Of a DNA stretch of 64,000 nt, positions 27,217 through 40,194 are shown in pieces. The stretch is from Octopus vulgaris. Its lineage: Eukaryota. A program made the translations under genes and the position numbers. The stretch is from the NCBI GenBank assembly GCA_951406725.2, contig OX597818.1, positions 112,716,001-112,780,000 of the forward strand, given 5' to 3'. The notes beneath the pieces are model-generated. The model saw only the letters and a list, made by a program, of their open reading frames with translations, did no database searches and was not told the DNA's origin. How positions within the stretch are numbered: position 1 is the first letter of the stretch; every line of letters starts with the position of its first letter.

Positions 27217-27669
27217 GAGGACAAGCAAAGAAAGATGTTTCTCTTGTCCGCCTTTTTAGTGTCTGTCTAATAGTTTTAATGTCCTCTATTGCGTTTTTGT
27301 TCCAGTTAATTATATGTATGTGTCTGTATATGTGTATATGTGCGTGTGTGTGTATCTTATGAGTGCCTCTCATTTGATCCGGAATATTCTCCAGTTAGAA
27401 TATAACATTAAATTAACGAAGAAAAGTACTGTATTCGTCATATATTTTACCGTTCCTTCTGCCGTGTGTAATTTTATCCAAATCTCTTTTAGAATATATA
27501 TCCATTATATTTGCGTAAAATGTTTTTCCAGTTGTTGAAGAATACAGCAATCTCGCTATTCTAAAGAATTGAAAACCTGAATGTTTAAGAAATATTTCTC
27601 TGTTTCGTGCACGAATTATCCAGAATGTTTTGGAAATTAGCCTTAAGGAATTTGCAACTTAAATTAACA

Positions 27670-28080
27670 ATGCAAATTCACTGTATATTCTGTCCTTTAA
27701 ACGTTAAAACAAGCTGAAACACAAACACAGCCCACGCTTTGGCATTAAGAGATGTAAATCTTGCAGTGATCGTGACAAACAAATATAAAACAGTTATTAG
27801 ATTTAAAAGTTGACAGTTTTATGAAGTATACTAATCGTTAGCGTTTTTGTTTAGAATAAATATTGCAGAGGTGTAATTGCCTGGCAAGTGTTTTCGTCTC
27901 AGATCGCATTTTGGAACTAAAACGAACACAGTGTGTCAGACTGAAGTTCGTGATTTAGAAACACACAAAGGGCCGTTAGCTTCACTTAAAATATTTATTG
28001 GTTGGGATACTGTATGAAAATTTTCTCTGCGTGAGACTGTCACCAATTTCACGGACGAAATTTGTGCTGTATCTAAAATG
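27670..28080 (+). pseudogene. Decayed MAM/LDLa remnants
   Basis: FTVYSVL...QPTLWH near 27680-27745. YCMK...DC then TNFTDEIC across a 1-nt shift near 28008-28066 (cf. DC.D.SDE..C). Confidence 0.35.
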
Positions 28081-28388
28081 ATGCGCTTACATGGCGATAT
28101 ACTTAGTTTGTAAACTTCTTGGGAGTTTTATTGTCGTTTTTTGTTTAGGTTAGCATAGAGGCAGCCGTTTTAGTCGGGGGCTTTTAACTGGTTAGTTACC
28201 ATTGGTTTTTGGCATTTCTTATATTCAACCTCCTTTTGTTCATTCTCTTTTTCAATAGCATTTTATACAGATGAATACAATGTGAGGGTGGGGGGAAGAC
28301 TGAAGATTTCCGTGGACAACGCAAGTTTGAACAGTGATAGTAACAGCTGCAGCAGTAGTTGCAGTAACATGTGTTGATGTAGCAGTAA

Positions 28389-28456
<68 letters not shown>

Positions 28457-28529
28457 ATAGTAGTATCAGTAGTAGTGGTGGTTGTTTCAGCAGCTGTAGA
28501 GGCAGTGATAGTGTTGTTGTAGTGTTAGC

Positions 28530-28765
28530 GGGTGGGGCAAACTGGCAGAAACGTTAGCACGCCGGGCGAAATGCTTAGCGGTATTTCGTCTGCCGTTACG
28601 TTCTGAGTTCAATTTTCGCTTAAGTCGACTTTGCCTTTCATCCTTTCGGGGTCGATACATTAAGTACCAGTTACGCACTGGGGTCGATATAATCGACTTA
28701 ATCCGTTTGTCTGTCCTTGTTTGCTCCCTCTATGTTTAGCCCCTTGTGGGCAATAAAGACACAAG
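28530..28765 (+). mobile_element. SINE family A next to a (GTA)n tract
   Basis: Consensus match. (GTA)n lies at about 28390-28475. Confidence 0.85.
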
Positions 28766-29592
28766 TAATTAAGTGAGGATTTTCTTTGTTCTTTTAGATT
28801 CCTTAATAAAGAACACTTCAATTTTAGTCTTGGGGCATCCGGTACATATTGCTAATCTTGCTAATCTCTGTTTTGTATTGTACACAGAAATTTCTCATCT
28901 TAGTTTTTCCGGGTAACTACAAACGTAACAATGTCTCAGATTCCACACAAAAAGGTCACTCGGTAAGATGACTCCTTGATATTACATTTCCATTCTGGAT
29001 GAAGTTCAACTGCAATAAAACTGGTGCTGGGAATTGATTATATACATAACATATTCTCAGTATATTTCCCACCAAAGTTTAATGGCAATAAGTGTTTAAC
29101 CAGTATATCATCTCAAATATAAATGTTGTAATATTTGGTGATGTACTTTTATCTGTAGCACAAATATAATTTGGCATTTTGTTTCATTTTCCTATGATTT
29201 ATTACAGTATCGAACCAACCGATATGTAAGTCAATAACCATAGTATATGATAGATCATACAGCCATAAAACACGTACGTTCGTTATTAAGCGCTTTTGAT
29301 CAGAACATTATTAAGAACGAGTCTATTAATATGTGAAGTTCTTTTTCGTTAATGCCTTTTTAATTGAACAATCTTTCGCTGTATTCTTCACTTTGTTAGA
29401 GATTCATACTTTGCAAAAGGGAATATCAAAGATATATCTCCCTAAACGTATATAGCGAGTAATAAAACGACAATGTGTAGTAATTGAACTGCCATTTGCA
29501 AATATATACGAATACAAGTACATACGCAATATATACATAAATATATATATATATGTATACATAAATAAATATATATATATATGTATACATAA

Positions 29593-29634
<42 letters not shown>

Positions 29635-29845
29635 TTTTATTCTTTTGATGGTTTCAGTCATTGGCTGCGGCCATGCTGGAGCATAGACTTTAGTCGAAAA
29701 AAATCAACCTCAGGATTTAGTATTCTTTGTAAGCCTAGTACTTAAGTCTATAGGGCTCTTTTGCAGAACCGCTAATTTACCGGGAACGTAAACATGCCAA
29801 CATCGGTTGTCTAGCGATGGTGGGGGACAAACACAGACACACAAC
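29635..29845 (-). mobile_element. SINE family B, 3' half
   Basis: GTTTCAGTCATTGGCTGCGGCCATGCTGGAGCA...GAACCGCTAA. Confidence 0.8.
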
Positions 29846-30419
29846 ACACACAGTCACATATATATATATATATGCATTTGAATATAATTGTGTGCGTATG
29901 GGTATGTGCACGTGTATGTGTGCGCGCGTTTGTGCGAATATGCATACCTGTACATGTATAGTGGCATAAATGTGCATATATAGGCTAATGTGTGGGTGTG
30001 CATGTATGTGTTTCAAGCGAGTGTGAGTGATCGTATGCACATAGGTCATATACGTGGGTGTGCGTGTGCGCATGTGTATATATGTACATGCGCGCTTACG
30101 CGATTTCTATGTGCATTTTTAGTTCCTTACATGTTTACTTTCTCCCCTTCGGTTTTTCCCCTTATTTAACGCTGATTTTAAGCTCTTTTGCCTTAATAAC
30201 AGTCAATTACATAGTAATTTCCCTTTGTTTAACGGAAATTTTCATAGCATTTCACGATTCATTCGATAAATGTCGAGGTGCCGGAGCAGATTTCCGTACC
30301 GAAATCCGAAACTCGGAGTCCTATTATGGCAACGGAATGATTGTGACGTATTTTTTCAGATAAATTTCCTCTATTGACATAAAGTCCAGGTTTCATTCAT
30401 TCTTTTGTTGCCTTACCAT

Positions 30420-30454
<35 letters not shown>

Positions 30455-30461
<7 letters not shown>

Positions 30462-30734
30462 ATCACGTGACCGACCAGACCATCAGATGTTGCTACACAT
30501 CGCTGGTCACAATGCGTTCGCACCCCGCTGGCTAAGCGAGCAGGCCAGCAGAAGAAAGAGTGAGAGAAAGAGTGGTGAAAGAGTACAGCAGTGATCACCA
30601 CCCCCTGCAGGAGCCTCGTGGAGCTTTTGTAGGTGTTTTCGCTCAATAAACACTCACAACACCTAGCCTGGGAATCGAAACAGCGATCCTACGACCGCGA
30701 GTTCGCTGCCCTGACCAATGTGCCATTGTGCCTC

Positions 30735-30736
<2 letters not shown>
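30455..30736 (-). mobile_element. tRNA-derived SINE, family D
   Basis: Minus strand TGGAGGCACAATGGC...TGGTCAGGGCAGCG...GTTTCGATTCC. The 3' end ...TCACGTGATCACGTGA runs into (TA)n. Confidence 0.75.
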
Positions 30737-30808
<72 letters not shown>

Positions 30809-30891
30809 TATTTTTACATATATATACATATATATACATATATATATATATACATATATATATACATATATATATATACATATATATATAC

Positions 30892-30957
<66 letters not shown>

Positions 30958-31087
30958 GTATATATATATGTATATATATGTATATATATATATGTATATA
31001 TATATATGTATATATATATATATACATATATATATATACATATATATATATATATTTATATACATACATATATATATACATATATAT
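30736..31087. repeat. (CA)n/(TA)n compound microsatellite, representative of dozens in the window
   Basis: Read directly. It is the source of the poly-YI ORFs. Confidence 0.95.
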
Positions 31088-34000
31088 AAATCCTTAAATC
31101 CTTAAAAATGTTTCAGCCCGAAGGCCGCGGCCATGCTGGGGCACCACCGCTGAATGAGCTACACTAATTTGTGAATCCACCTCTGATACGTGGCACTTGA
31201 TCAACAAGGGAGTTCGATGCTGCTGCCCGCATCCGCGTCTCCTGTCGTGAGGTAGGTTCATCTGGGACTCCCGACAAGAAGAGATCCACTTTAGTTTTAA
31301 AGAAACCCACATCCACACTATGTAAGTCTCTCAGGCATTTAGGGAGGATGTTAAAGAGCTGTGGTCCTCTGAAACCCAAGCTTTTGCAGTATCTGGACCT
31401 GTATTTTGATGGTGATGTTGGAATCCTTGGCACCATGCACTGGCGCCCCGTTCAGCGGTTGGAGTAACTTTGAATGCCAAAGTTTGGGACAAGACCCTCC
31501 AGGATTTTCCAGATGTATATCACCGCATATCTCTCCCGCCTCCGCTCTAGGGAGAAGAGGTTTAATACCTTCAGTCTTTTCCAGTCGCTGATATTTTGCA
31601 TTGAGACGATTTTCTTTGTGTAGCTTCTCTGAATTGCTTCGAGTTCTGCTGTTAGTTTTATATTGTGTGGTGACCACAGTTTGGAGCAGTAGTCCAAGCG
31701 GCTGAGGACGAATGTTATCCATAGGACCATCAGTGTCTCCTTCTCTCTTGTTCTGAAAGTTCGGAGAATCCATCCAGCTAGCCGTCTGCACTTTATCACC
31801 AGATTAGCAATATGCACTTGGAAAGATGCATCATTGCTCATGTCAATGCCCAGGTCACGCACTGATTTTGACTCAGGGATTGCAATTCTTCCTGGGCCAG
31901 TGTATCCAGTCTGCACGTCGTTTACCTTTGTGTGCCAGTAGCGCAGGGCCTGGAACTTACCTGCATTAAACTGCATGTTGTTGTCCTCAGCCCACCTGTA
32001 TATTGTGTCCAACTCCTGTTGCAGATGCGCAATATTTTCAGGGTTTTGTATTGCGTGGGAGACTTTTGTGTCATCTGCATAGCTAGCAAGGGTGGTCATC
32101 GTAGCAACTGAAGGCATGTCAGAAAGGGCCACTATGAACATCAGTGGCCCCAAGACAGTGCCCTGTGGGACACCGCTTGTTATTTGCGTTTCCTTGGAGG
32201 TGGCTCCATTGCTCACAACTGCCTGTTTTCTGTCTTTTAGGAAGTTGTGCAGCCACTCTCCAAGTTTTCCGCCTATGCCGAGACCACGCAGTTTGTGACA
32301 GATCATACCATGGTCGACCTTATCAAAGGCTTTTGCAAAGTCGAGATACATCCACATTTGAGCCATTTAGTAGCTGTTTCAACACCCAGTCATAGTGTTG
32401 CAGGAGCTGTGTTAGGCAGCCTCTACTTGGTCGAAATCCATGCTGGGTGTCAGACAGCAAGTCATTTTCTTCAAGGAACATGATTAGTTTCTTACGGACT
32501 ATTCGTTCTATGACTTTGCTGATGTGTGAGGTCAGAGAGATAGGCCTATAATTTTTAGCATCTGCTCTGCTACCTCCCTTATGGAAAGGGCATATTACCA
32601 CCTCTTTCAATTTGACTGGGAGCTTACCACTTGCAAGAAAGCTCTGAAAGAGAAGCTGTAGCGGTTTTGCAAGGGCTCGTTTGCACGATCTCAGAAGGAT
32701 CGCTGGGAATCCATCAGGTCCAGCAGCTGAGTTTGTGTCAATCTCATCTATGGCTAGTGTGATATCATCACCTTCGATGTTGATGTACTCAACTTTTGCC
32801 TCTTTGGCCGCAGGTAAAGTGGCAAAGAATTCTTCCGGGTTGTTTACTTGCCTGTATCCAAGAGGTGTAGTGAACACACTTTGGAACTGTTCGTTCAGTA
32901 TTTCACTTATCCTCGTAGGATTTCCTGTGAGAGAGCCATCTTTTTAGAAGAGAGGTCCTATTCTCTGGTGCACTATAGCTGTCTCTTTGGCAAACTTAAA
33001 GAAAGCTTAAGGGTTTGATTTTATATTTTATATTACCCAAGCTTCTTTATCTGCTCTCTCCTTTTCATGGGACTGATGCAGACTTTTCTCAGTTTCCATT
33101 AGCATTCTTTCGAGCCGAGACTTCTCACCACTGTTGGTGTGCTTGCTCAGGCGGTTCGCAATCCTTGTCCGTCGTCTCATAAGAATCCTCCTTTCTCTAG
33201 GGATCCTGTTTTTGTTCTTGTGTGTGCTGGCCCTGCACACTGGGACATATTTGTCACATATGGCTTGTATTATGGACATGAAGTGTTTGTGTTTCATGTT
33301 TATGTCCGGTGTGGAGAGACATTCAGGCCAATCCTGTTTGAGGATCTCTTTCTCAATCAACTTCCAGTTGGCTTTATGAAAGTTTAAGTTGGAGAGATGG
33401 TGGATGCTTCGTATAGGCTGTGTGTCTACGGGGGCTTTTGTTCCATACATAGACAGCTCTATTATGTTGTGATCCGAGATCATTGTCGGCATCACATTAA
33501 CATTATGGATAATATCCATATTGTTTGTGAAGCAGAGATCCAGTATATTATCTGCCCGTGTTGGTTGCAGAACTATTTGCTCCATGAAAGAGGCATTTGT
33601 GAGATGGAGCAGGGACTCTACCTGTGCCTGCTGATGGTGTGTCATCCCTGGAAGCATCTGCCCCCCCCCCCCCAGGCCATTCCACATTGGGGAGGTTAAA
33701 GTCACCCATGAAGAATACACTGTTGTGTTGTTCTAGGTTGGTGAGGACTTCTCCTATTTTTGTTAGGCAGTCTTCAAACATGCCTGAGTGTTTTGGGGCA
33801 TCTGGTGGGCGATATGTAGTGCATATGACGATATTCAGTTGTCTTATGTGTACAATTTGAGTTTCACACACTGAGTTTGAATATGACAACAGGACCTGGG
33901 GCGTGAGGTCATCTCGGATGTACATTGCAACTCTACCATGGCTCCTCCCTTTTCTATCTGTGCGTATGACTGCATATTGAGGCATGTGTATTTCTGCAAC

Positions 34001-34112
34001 ACCTATATCGGGTTCAAGATGCGTTTCTGTGAGTGCCTTGCATATAGCTTGATTGCATGTCACAAGGTCTCTCAGGAATGAGATTTTCCTTTTACAGTTT
34101 CCGCGCAGCAGA

Positions 34113-34113
<1 letters not shown>
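31087..34113 (-). mobile_element. 5'-truncated CR1/L2-group LINE, ORF2 (APE endonuclease + reverse transcriptase), disrupted
   Basis: APE motifs ALTETHL, YRPP, MGDFNLP, LDLCFTN, SDHNII. RT motifs NYRPISLTS, QHGFR, YLDFAKAFDKVDH, SGVPQGTVLGP, YADDTK, DLGI, LERRRERY. Frameshifts at the C-run 33661-33674, about 32350 and about 31450; stops near 33010-33030. 3' tail (TTTAAGGA)n. (TA)n on both sides. Confidence 0.95.
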
Positions 34114-34169
<56 letters not shown>

Positions 34170-34173
34170 CATA

Positions 34174-34207
<34 letters not shown>

Positions 34208-34981
34208 GCTTAATATCTTCACTACAACATGTACTGACCCCACAATATAATCGTTTTCACATCACAGTTTTACTTCTCCCCCAAACACAAAGCGTTCTCG
34301 TGCAACTTGAATATAACTTCGGTTCCCCCACCCCCAATAATACAAATACAATATTCCCTGAGATCTATTATCTATGGATATTAGGGATGATAAGGGATGT
34401 AACGGGAGAAAATTATCAAACAATGAAATCAATGAAATGGACTTGCAATGATGCCGAAGAAATAATAAATGAAGCGGGGATTTACTAGGAATATTGTCAG
34501 CAATGAGTCAGATTAACATGTCAATAAGACTATTTATCATTGGAAATGCAATAAAAGAGGGATTAGGAAAAAAAATCGAATGTTGTTTTGGAAATAAATA
34601 ATGCATTGTTTTTTGTGTAACAATGAAATCAGAAACAGATCTATGACTACGGAAAAATTAAATCGCGCAACATTGCTCAAAGATATGAGATTAAGAGCGT
34701 TGTTTAATAAAAATGACGGAAATGGTGTCAGTGAATTTATTTCTGACAGCTCTATTGAGGATCACTAAATCCATAAAAAGCAATATTTTAGATTGCTTCT
34801 AAACTCGAACGGTTTTTCAATTACGTAAAGAGACTCACATTTATATAAGCTCATATATACACACATATACACAAACATTAGCATACATATATACAGATGT
34901 ATATGTATGTATACACACACACACATATATATATTCTTTTATCTGTTTCACTCATTTAACTGCGGTTATGCTGGAGCACCG

Positions 34982-35098
<117 letters not shown>

Positions 35099-35238
35099 TA
35101 TATACATATATATATATACATATATATACATATATATATAAATTCCAGGCGCAGGCGTGGTTATGTGGTAAGAAGCTTGCTTCCCTAACACATGGTTCCA
35201 TTTTCAATCCAGTATGGGAGGAGTATATATACACTCCT

Positions 35239-35444
35239 AGTGCTCGCTACACATTCTGATTGGATGTTTCATGCGTCAACATGTGCATCCTTGCGACAGT
35301 GTAAGCGTTAATTTAATCAAGGCATTCTTGGTCTGAAGAGCAACCGGCGATATACACGTGGTTTCGATTTTTACCACATCTGGTGTTCCACTCGCTATGA
35401 AACATATATAGCCTGGACCTTATCTACTCCATTCTGTGAGTATT

Positions 35445-35494
<50 letters not shown>

Positions 35495-35702
35495 GGAATA
35501 TTTACAGAATGGAGTAGATAGGGTCCAGGCTATATATGTTTCATAGCGAGTGGAACACCAGATGTGGTAAAAATCGAAACCACGTGTATATCGCCGGTTG
35601 CTCTTCAGACTAAGAATGCCTTGATTAAATTAACGCTTACACTGTCGCAAGGATGCACATGTTGACGCATGAAACATCCAATCAGAATGTGTAGAGAGCA
35701 CT
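35239..35702. repeat. Near-perfect palindrome, 212-bp arms around a (TA)n spacer
   Basis: 35239-35450 is the reverse complement of 35491-35702, with about 5 mismatches by eye. Confidence 0.95.
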
Positions 35703-36086
35703 GAATATATATATATATATAAATATATACATCTATTAAACCTTTATCCATTGTATATTTTTATTTTGTTTATAAATAGATACTTTTTAGTTACTTAAGC
35801 CTATGCGAGATGTGTATACTATATCCATATAAACGTATGAATATTTGTGTATGTGTGCATGTGTGAACATAGATATGTGTGTGTCTGTACACACCTTTTT
35901 TTTAATTCTTGTCTTAAAGTTTATATATAGGTAGCATTTTCATCTTTCTAGTATTCCATAAGTAAATGCCAAGAGCAGTCTTTACAGAAACCACATAATA
36001 AGAAAATTATAAAGTACACGAATGAATATTAAAATTATTCTATGTAATCTATTTCAATGTTAAATATATATATATATATGTATATA

Positions 36087-36156
<70 letters not shown>

Positions 36157-36684
36157 GTGCATGTATGTATGTATCTATATAGATAGATAGAGAGAGAGAG
36201 AGATGTATAGAGAGAGAGAGAGATGTATATATATATTTAACCTATTTTGGTTATGATATTTTTGTTAATCTTAAATATTATCTTTATACAACAACAATAT
36301 TCTTTTGCCCCTTTAACTAGTAATTAACATCATGATTTAAGATCTCCCCCTACTCAACCTCCTTTATAGACACTTACTCTATACCCAATTTACTACTCCT
36401 AATATCTTGACAATATTTAAGACCACACCTAGCCTTGAACTTTTAACTCACTCTTGACCTTCCTTCCTAACTGACACAGTTGATAAAAAGACAAATAAAT
36501 TAGAAATGAACCACAACCGTTTACAATCTATGACCCCAGTAAGCTTCATACTTTTCTTCGAAATGTTGTATATTCTTAGCTACAATAGCGACAACATGGA
36601 TTTCTTCCATCTTCTTTCTTTGTTAAAGTATTTGAGGAAATTATATTAATGTGTCCAACTGATTAAATTTATTCTATCTATTTG

Positions 36685-36770
36685 TGCAGCTGATGATAGC
36701 CCTGCATTGAAATTGATGAAATGATTGCATTGTTCAATTAAATGGAGCCGATTGAAACGGTCGTACTTCA
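36685..36770 (+). ncRNA. Degenerate type I hammerhead motif in a probable Penelope 3' UTR (about 36240-36890)
   Basis: TGCAG-CTGATGA-[57-nt stem II region]-GAAA-C GGTC G-TA-CTTCA. One mismatch in stem I. Confidence 0.5.
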
Positions 36771-37005
36771 TCACTTCTTGCTTTGTGTTGCTTATTTTGA
36801 TTTTATTCACCGTACTTCGAGGTGTGGGGACAATACCAAACTGACTTGCTTCAACGTAAGTACCTGATTCAACTGAATCTCAATTATCTCTTACACACAA
36901 ACACACACATACGCACATACATACATATATATATATGTCAGTACGCCATCATAGATCGTTAGCTCCTACACGCAATTTTTTTCTCTCCTTGTTTTTTTCT
37001 GTGTA

Positions 37006-37043
37006 TCTTTCTGTCGAAGAGCGTAGGTTCGAAACCTAAAAGA
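37006..37043 (+). ncRNA. Degenerate minimal type I hammerhead motif
   Basis: TCTTT-CTGTCGA-A GAGC GTAG GTTC-GAAA-CC-TA-AAAGA. Core A6 is T and stem III is mismatched. The module 36938-37137 lies between (TA)n tracts. Confidence 0.55.
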
Positions 37044-37136
37044 CATTTTCTATTTCTATTCCTGAGCGCTATAATAATACATTTGTTTGTACTCTAACTG
37101 CCTTCGTCTTTTGTTTATTTTCGTAAACCTTCCCGT

Positions 37137-37226
<90 letters not shown>

Positions 37227-37952
37227 TATACATAGACACATATAAGTCATCTAAATGGACGTGAATTCCTGACTAAAAATAGCTCATATTATATAAATTG
37301 AAATATATTTTCTGTCTCATTTAAGATCTTTTAAACATAATGTATTATTAGCAATTAGAGTGAGCTCAATTTGCAAGAAGACATATACTCAATATTTAAA
37401 TATTCACCTATTTCCGCAGGCTTTAGATTTACGCTTTAAATGTTTATCTCTATGTACATACATATACGTATGTATATTTATATGTGTGTGTGTGATACTG
37501 TTTCAGTGTAGAAAACGTGATAGAGATATTAAATCGAGGGTACAAACCACATTCTAGAATTTACAATTACAGCTAAGATGATGCAAACTCACTAAAGAAT
37601 TCCAGGATCAAAAAAGCACAATTCATTCATAAATCATCGCTCAAATACAACCGAAAGTCACAAGAGACAGATTGGCAATTTTAAAATTACTATTCAACAC
37701 ATTCTGCAGCCCCCAAATCCCCTAAGTCTTTGATGCAAGATTAGCAACTCATATATTTTCTACGGATGAAGTGTTATTAAGCCCAACATAAAGATATAAA
37801 CTAGAAACTGATTTATTTTTGGTTTCATTAATTCTGTTTTCACTCCAGTATTTCAATTTGCATTTAGTTCAATGTTTAACAAAATGAATTTTTACTTGAA
37901 ACTACACTACGTGTGCACACATATACACTTATACACTCTCACGAACATACTT

Positions 37953-37994
<42 letters not shown>

Positions 37995-38081
37995 TCGTAC
38001 ACCCCCATATATATATATATATATATATATGCATATATATATACATATATATATATACATATATATGTAAGTATATGTATG

Positions 38082-38115
<34 letters not shown>

Positions 38116-38152
38116 TGTGTATATATATATATATATATACATATATATGTAT

Positions 38153-38202
<50 letters not shown>

Positions 38203-38663
38203 CATATATATGTATGTATGTATGTATGCAAATGGAAGATCGAATATACGAAAGTTTATTACTAGTCACGACAATTGTTTCGACGCACGTAGCATCGATC
38301 CCTCATGGGTGAGAAACACAACAACTGGTTCAGAAACATCCGGTGGTGCCGATGTATCTCGTCGGGTGATGAATAAATGCAACTGGCTAAGATGACTGCA
38401 ATGCAATTTCCCGTTTTGTAGAAAGAAAAGCAGCCAGACGGAGGAAATAGTGTCATTTATATAGAAGATCAAAAAGAAAAATAAAGATGGCAAAAAGAGA
38501 AACGTTAACATACATACATATATCTATATGTAAGTATGTAAGTATGTATGTATGTACGTATGTATGTATGTATGTATGTATGTATGTATGTATGTATGCA
38601 TGTATGTATGTAATATGTATGTATGTATGTATGTATCTATCTATCTATCTATCTCTCTATCTA

Positions 38664-38706
<43 letters not shown>

Positions 38707-38868
38707 GTGTGTGTGATTGTGTATAGAAGAATATATTAATAAAAAGAATTCCAACCTTGTCTGATTTTCACGTTTTATTTACAATCTTATAATGATATAT
38801 TATAAGATAATATATTATAATTGAATAAAATAAAATGAAATAGTAGAATGTTAAATATTCATTCTGAT

Positions 38869-38913
38869 TGAACTAGTACTTTCATGCATTGAATTCTGCA
38901 ATCTTCGGGTTCA
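38869..38913 (-). ncRNA. Type I hammerhead motif (mirror copy)
   Basis: Exact reverse complement of 39005-39049. Confidence 0.7.
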
Positions 38914-39004
38914 TGTAGTAGTGTTGACAGTCATGCTTCACAATTTTTGACTGTGAATTTTTGACAGTCAAAAATTGTGAAGCATGACTGTCAACACTAC
39001 TACA

Positions 39005-39049
39005 TGAACCCGAAGATTGCAGAATTCAATGCATGAAAGTACTAGTTCA
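39005..39049 (+). ncRNA. Type I hammerhead motif with U4C core variant
   Basis: TGAAC-CCGAAGA-T TGCA GAATTCAA TGCA T-GAAA-GTAC-TA-GTTCA. Perfect 5-bp stem I, palindromic stem III, CUA triplet. Confidence 0.7.
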
Positions 39050-39181
39050 ATCAGAATGAATATTTAACATTCTACTATTTCATTTTATTTTATTCAATTA
39101 TAATATATTATCTTATAATATATCATTATAAGATTGTAAATAAAACGTGAAAATCAGACAAGGTTGGAATTCTTTTTATTA

Positions 39182-39214
<33 letters not shown>

Positions 39215-39542
39215 GCATTAAATGTACGATAAAATTTTTCGAAAACATTTTTGGAAATTTCTGTCGGCTTTCTTCGAGACGCGTGCTTGTAGTGATAAAT
39301 TACATGGTTATTGACATTACGGCATACGTTTATGTAACTTCTAGGAATTCATCATTCTACTCACTAGGAGGGAATATAATGACAAAACTAATTCTTGGTA
39401 CTCTGTCAACATGCCAAAGATCAGCATCGCTGCATATTGTGGCAGATTTGTAATAAAATCTTGTCTTTCAATACACTTGAGTGACACAGTACTACGACAA
39501 ATACGTGAATCGGTTCTCACAAGTGAATTATTGCCACTGATA

Positions 39543-40194
39543 AGTCGACCTCGGCGGAATTTGAACTCAGAACATAGCGGCAGACGAAATACCTATTTCT
39601 TTACTAACCACAAGGGGCAAAACATAGAGGGGACAAACAAGGACAGACAAAGGAATTAAGTCGATTACATCGACTCCAGTGCGTAACTGGTGCTTAATTT
39701 ATCGACCCCGAAAGGATGAAAGGCAAAGTCGACCTCGGTGGAATTTGAAATCAGAACATAAAGATAGACGAAATACCTATTTCTTTACTACCCACAAGGG
39801 GCTCAACACAGAGAGGACAAACAAGGACAGACAAACGGATTAAGTCGATTATATCGACCCCAGTGCGTAACTGGTACTTATTTTATCGACCCCGAAAGGA
39901 TGAAAGGCAAAGTCGACCTCGGCGGAATTTGAACTCACAACGTAACGGCAAGCGAAATACCTGTTTCTTTATTACCTACAAGGGGCTAAACATAGAGGGG
40001 ACAAACAAGGACAAACGTAGGTATTAAGTCGATTACATCGACCCCAGTGCGTAACGGGTACTTAATTTATCGACTCCGAAAGGATGAAAGTTAAGGTCGA
40101 CCTCGGCGGAATTTGAACTCACAACGTAACGACAGACGAAATACCGCTAAGCATTTCGCCCGGCGTGCTAATGTTTCTGCCAGCTCACCGCCTT
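39543..40194 (-). mobile_element. SINE family A concatemer (one head plus about 3 units, 184-bp period)
   Basis: GTCGACCTCGG(C/T)GGAATTTGAA occurs at about 39544, 39728, 39912 and 40096. Confidence 0.9.

Larger units (their letters stand above)
38731..39187. repeat. Perfect palindrome, 224-bp arms and 9-nt spacer
   Basis: 38731-38954 is the reverse complement of 38964-39187 with no mismatch seen. Spacer GAATTTTTG. Confidence 0.95.

Noticed and set aside
30633-31105. Long YI/IY, HT and VC ORFs here and throughout the ORF track
   Set aside because: They are translations of (TA)n, (CA)n and (TG)n microsatellites, which lack stops.
39543-40194. CRISPR-like periodic array
   Set aside because: Whole 184-bp units repeat, there are no unique spacers or cas genes, and the context is eukaryotic SINE.
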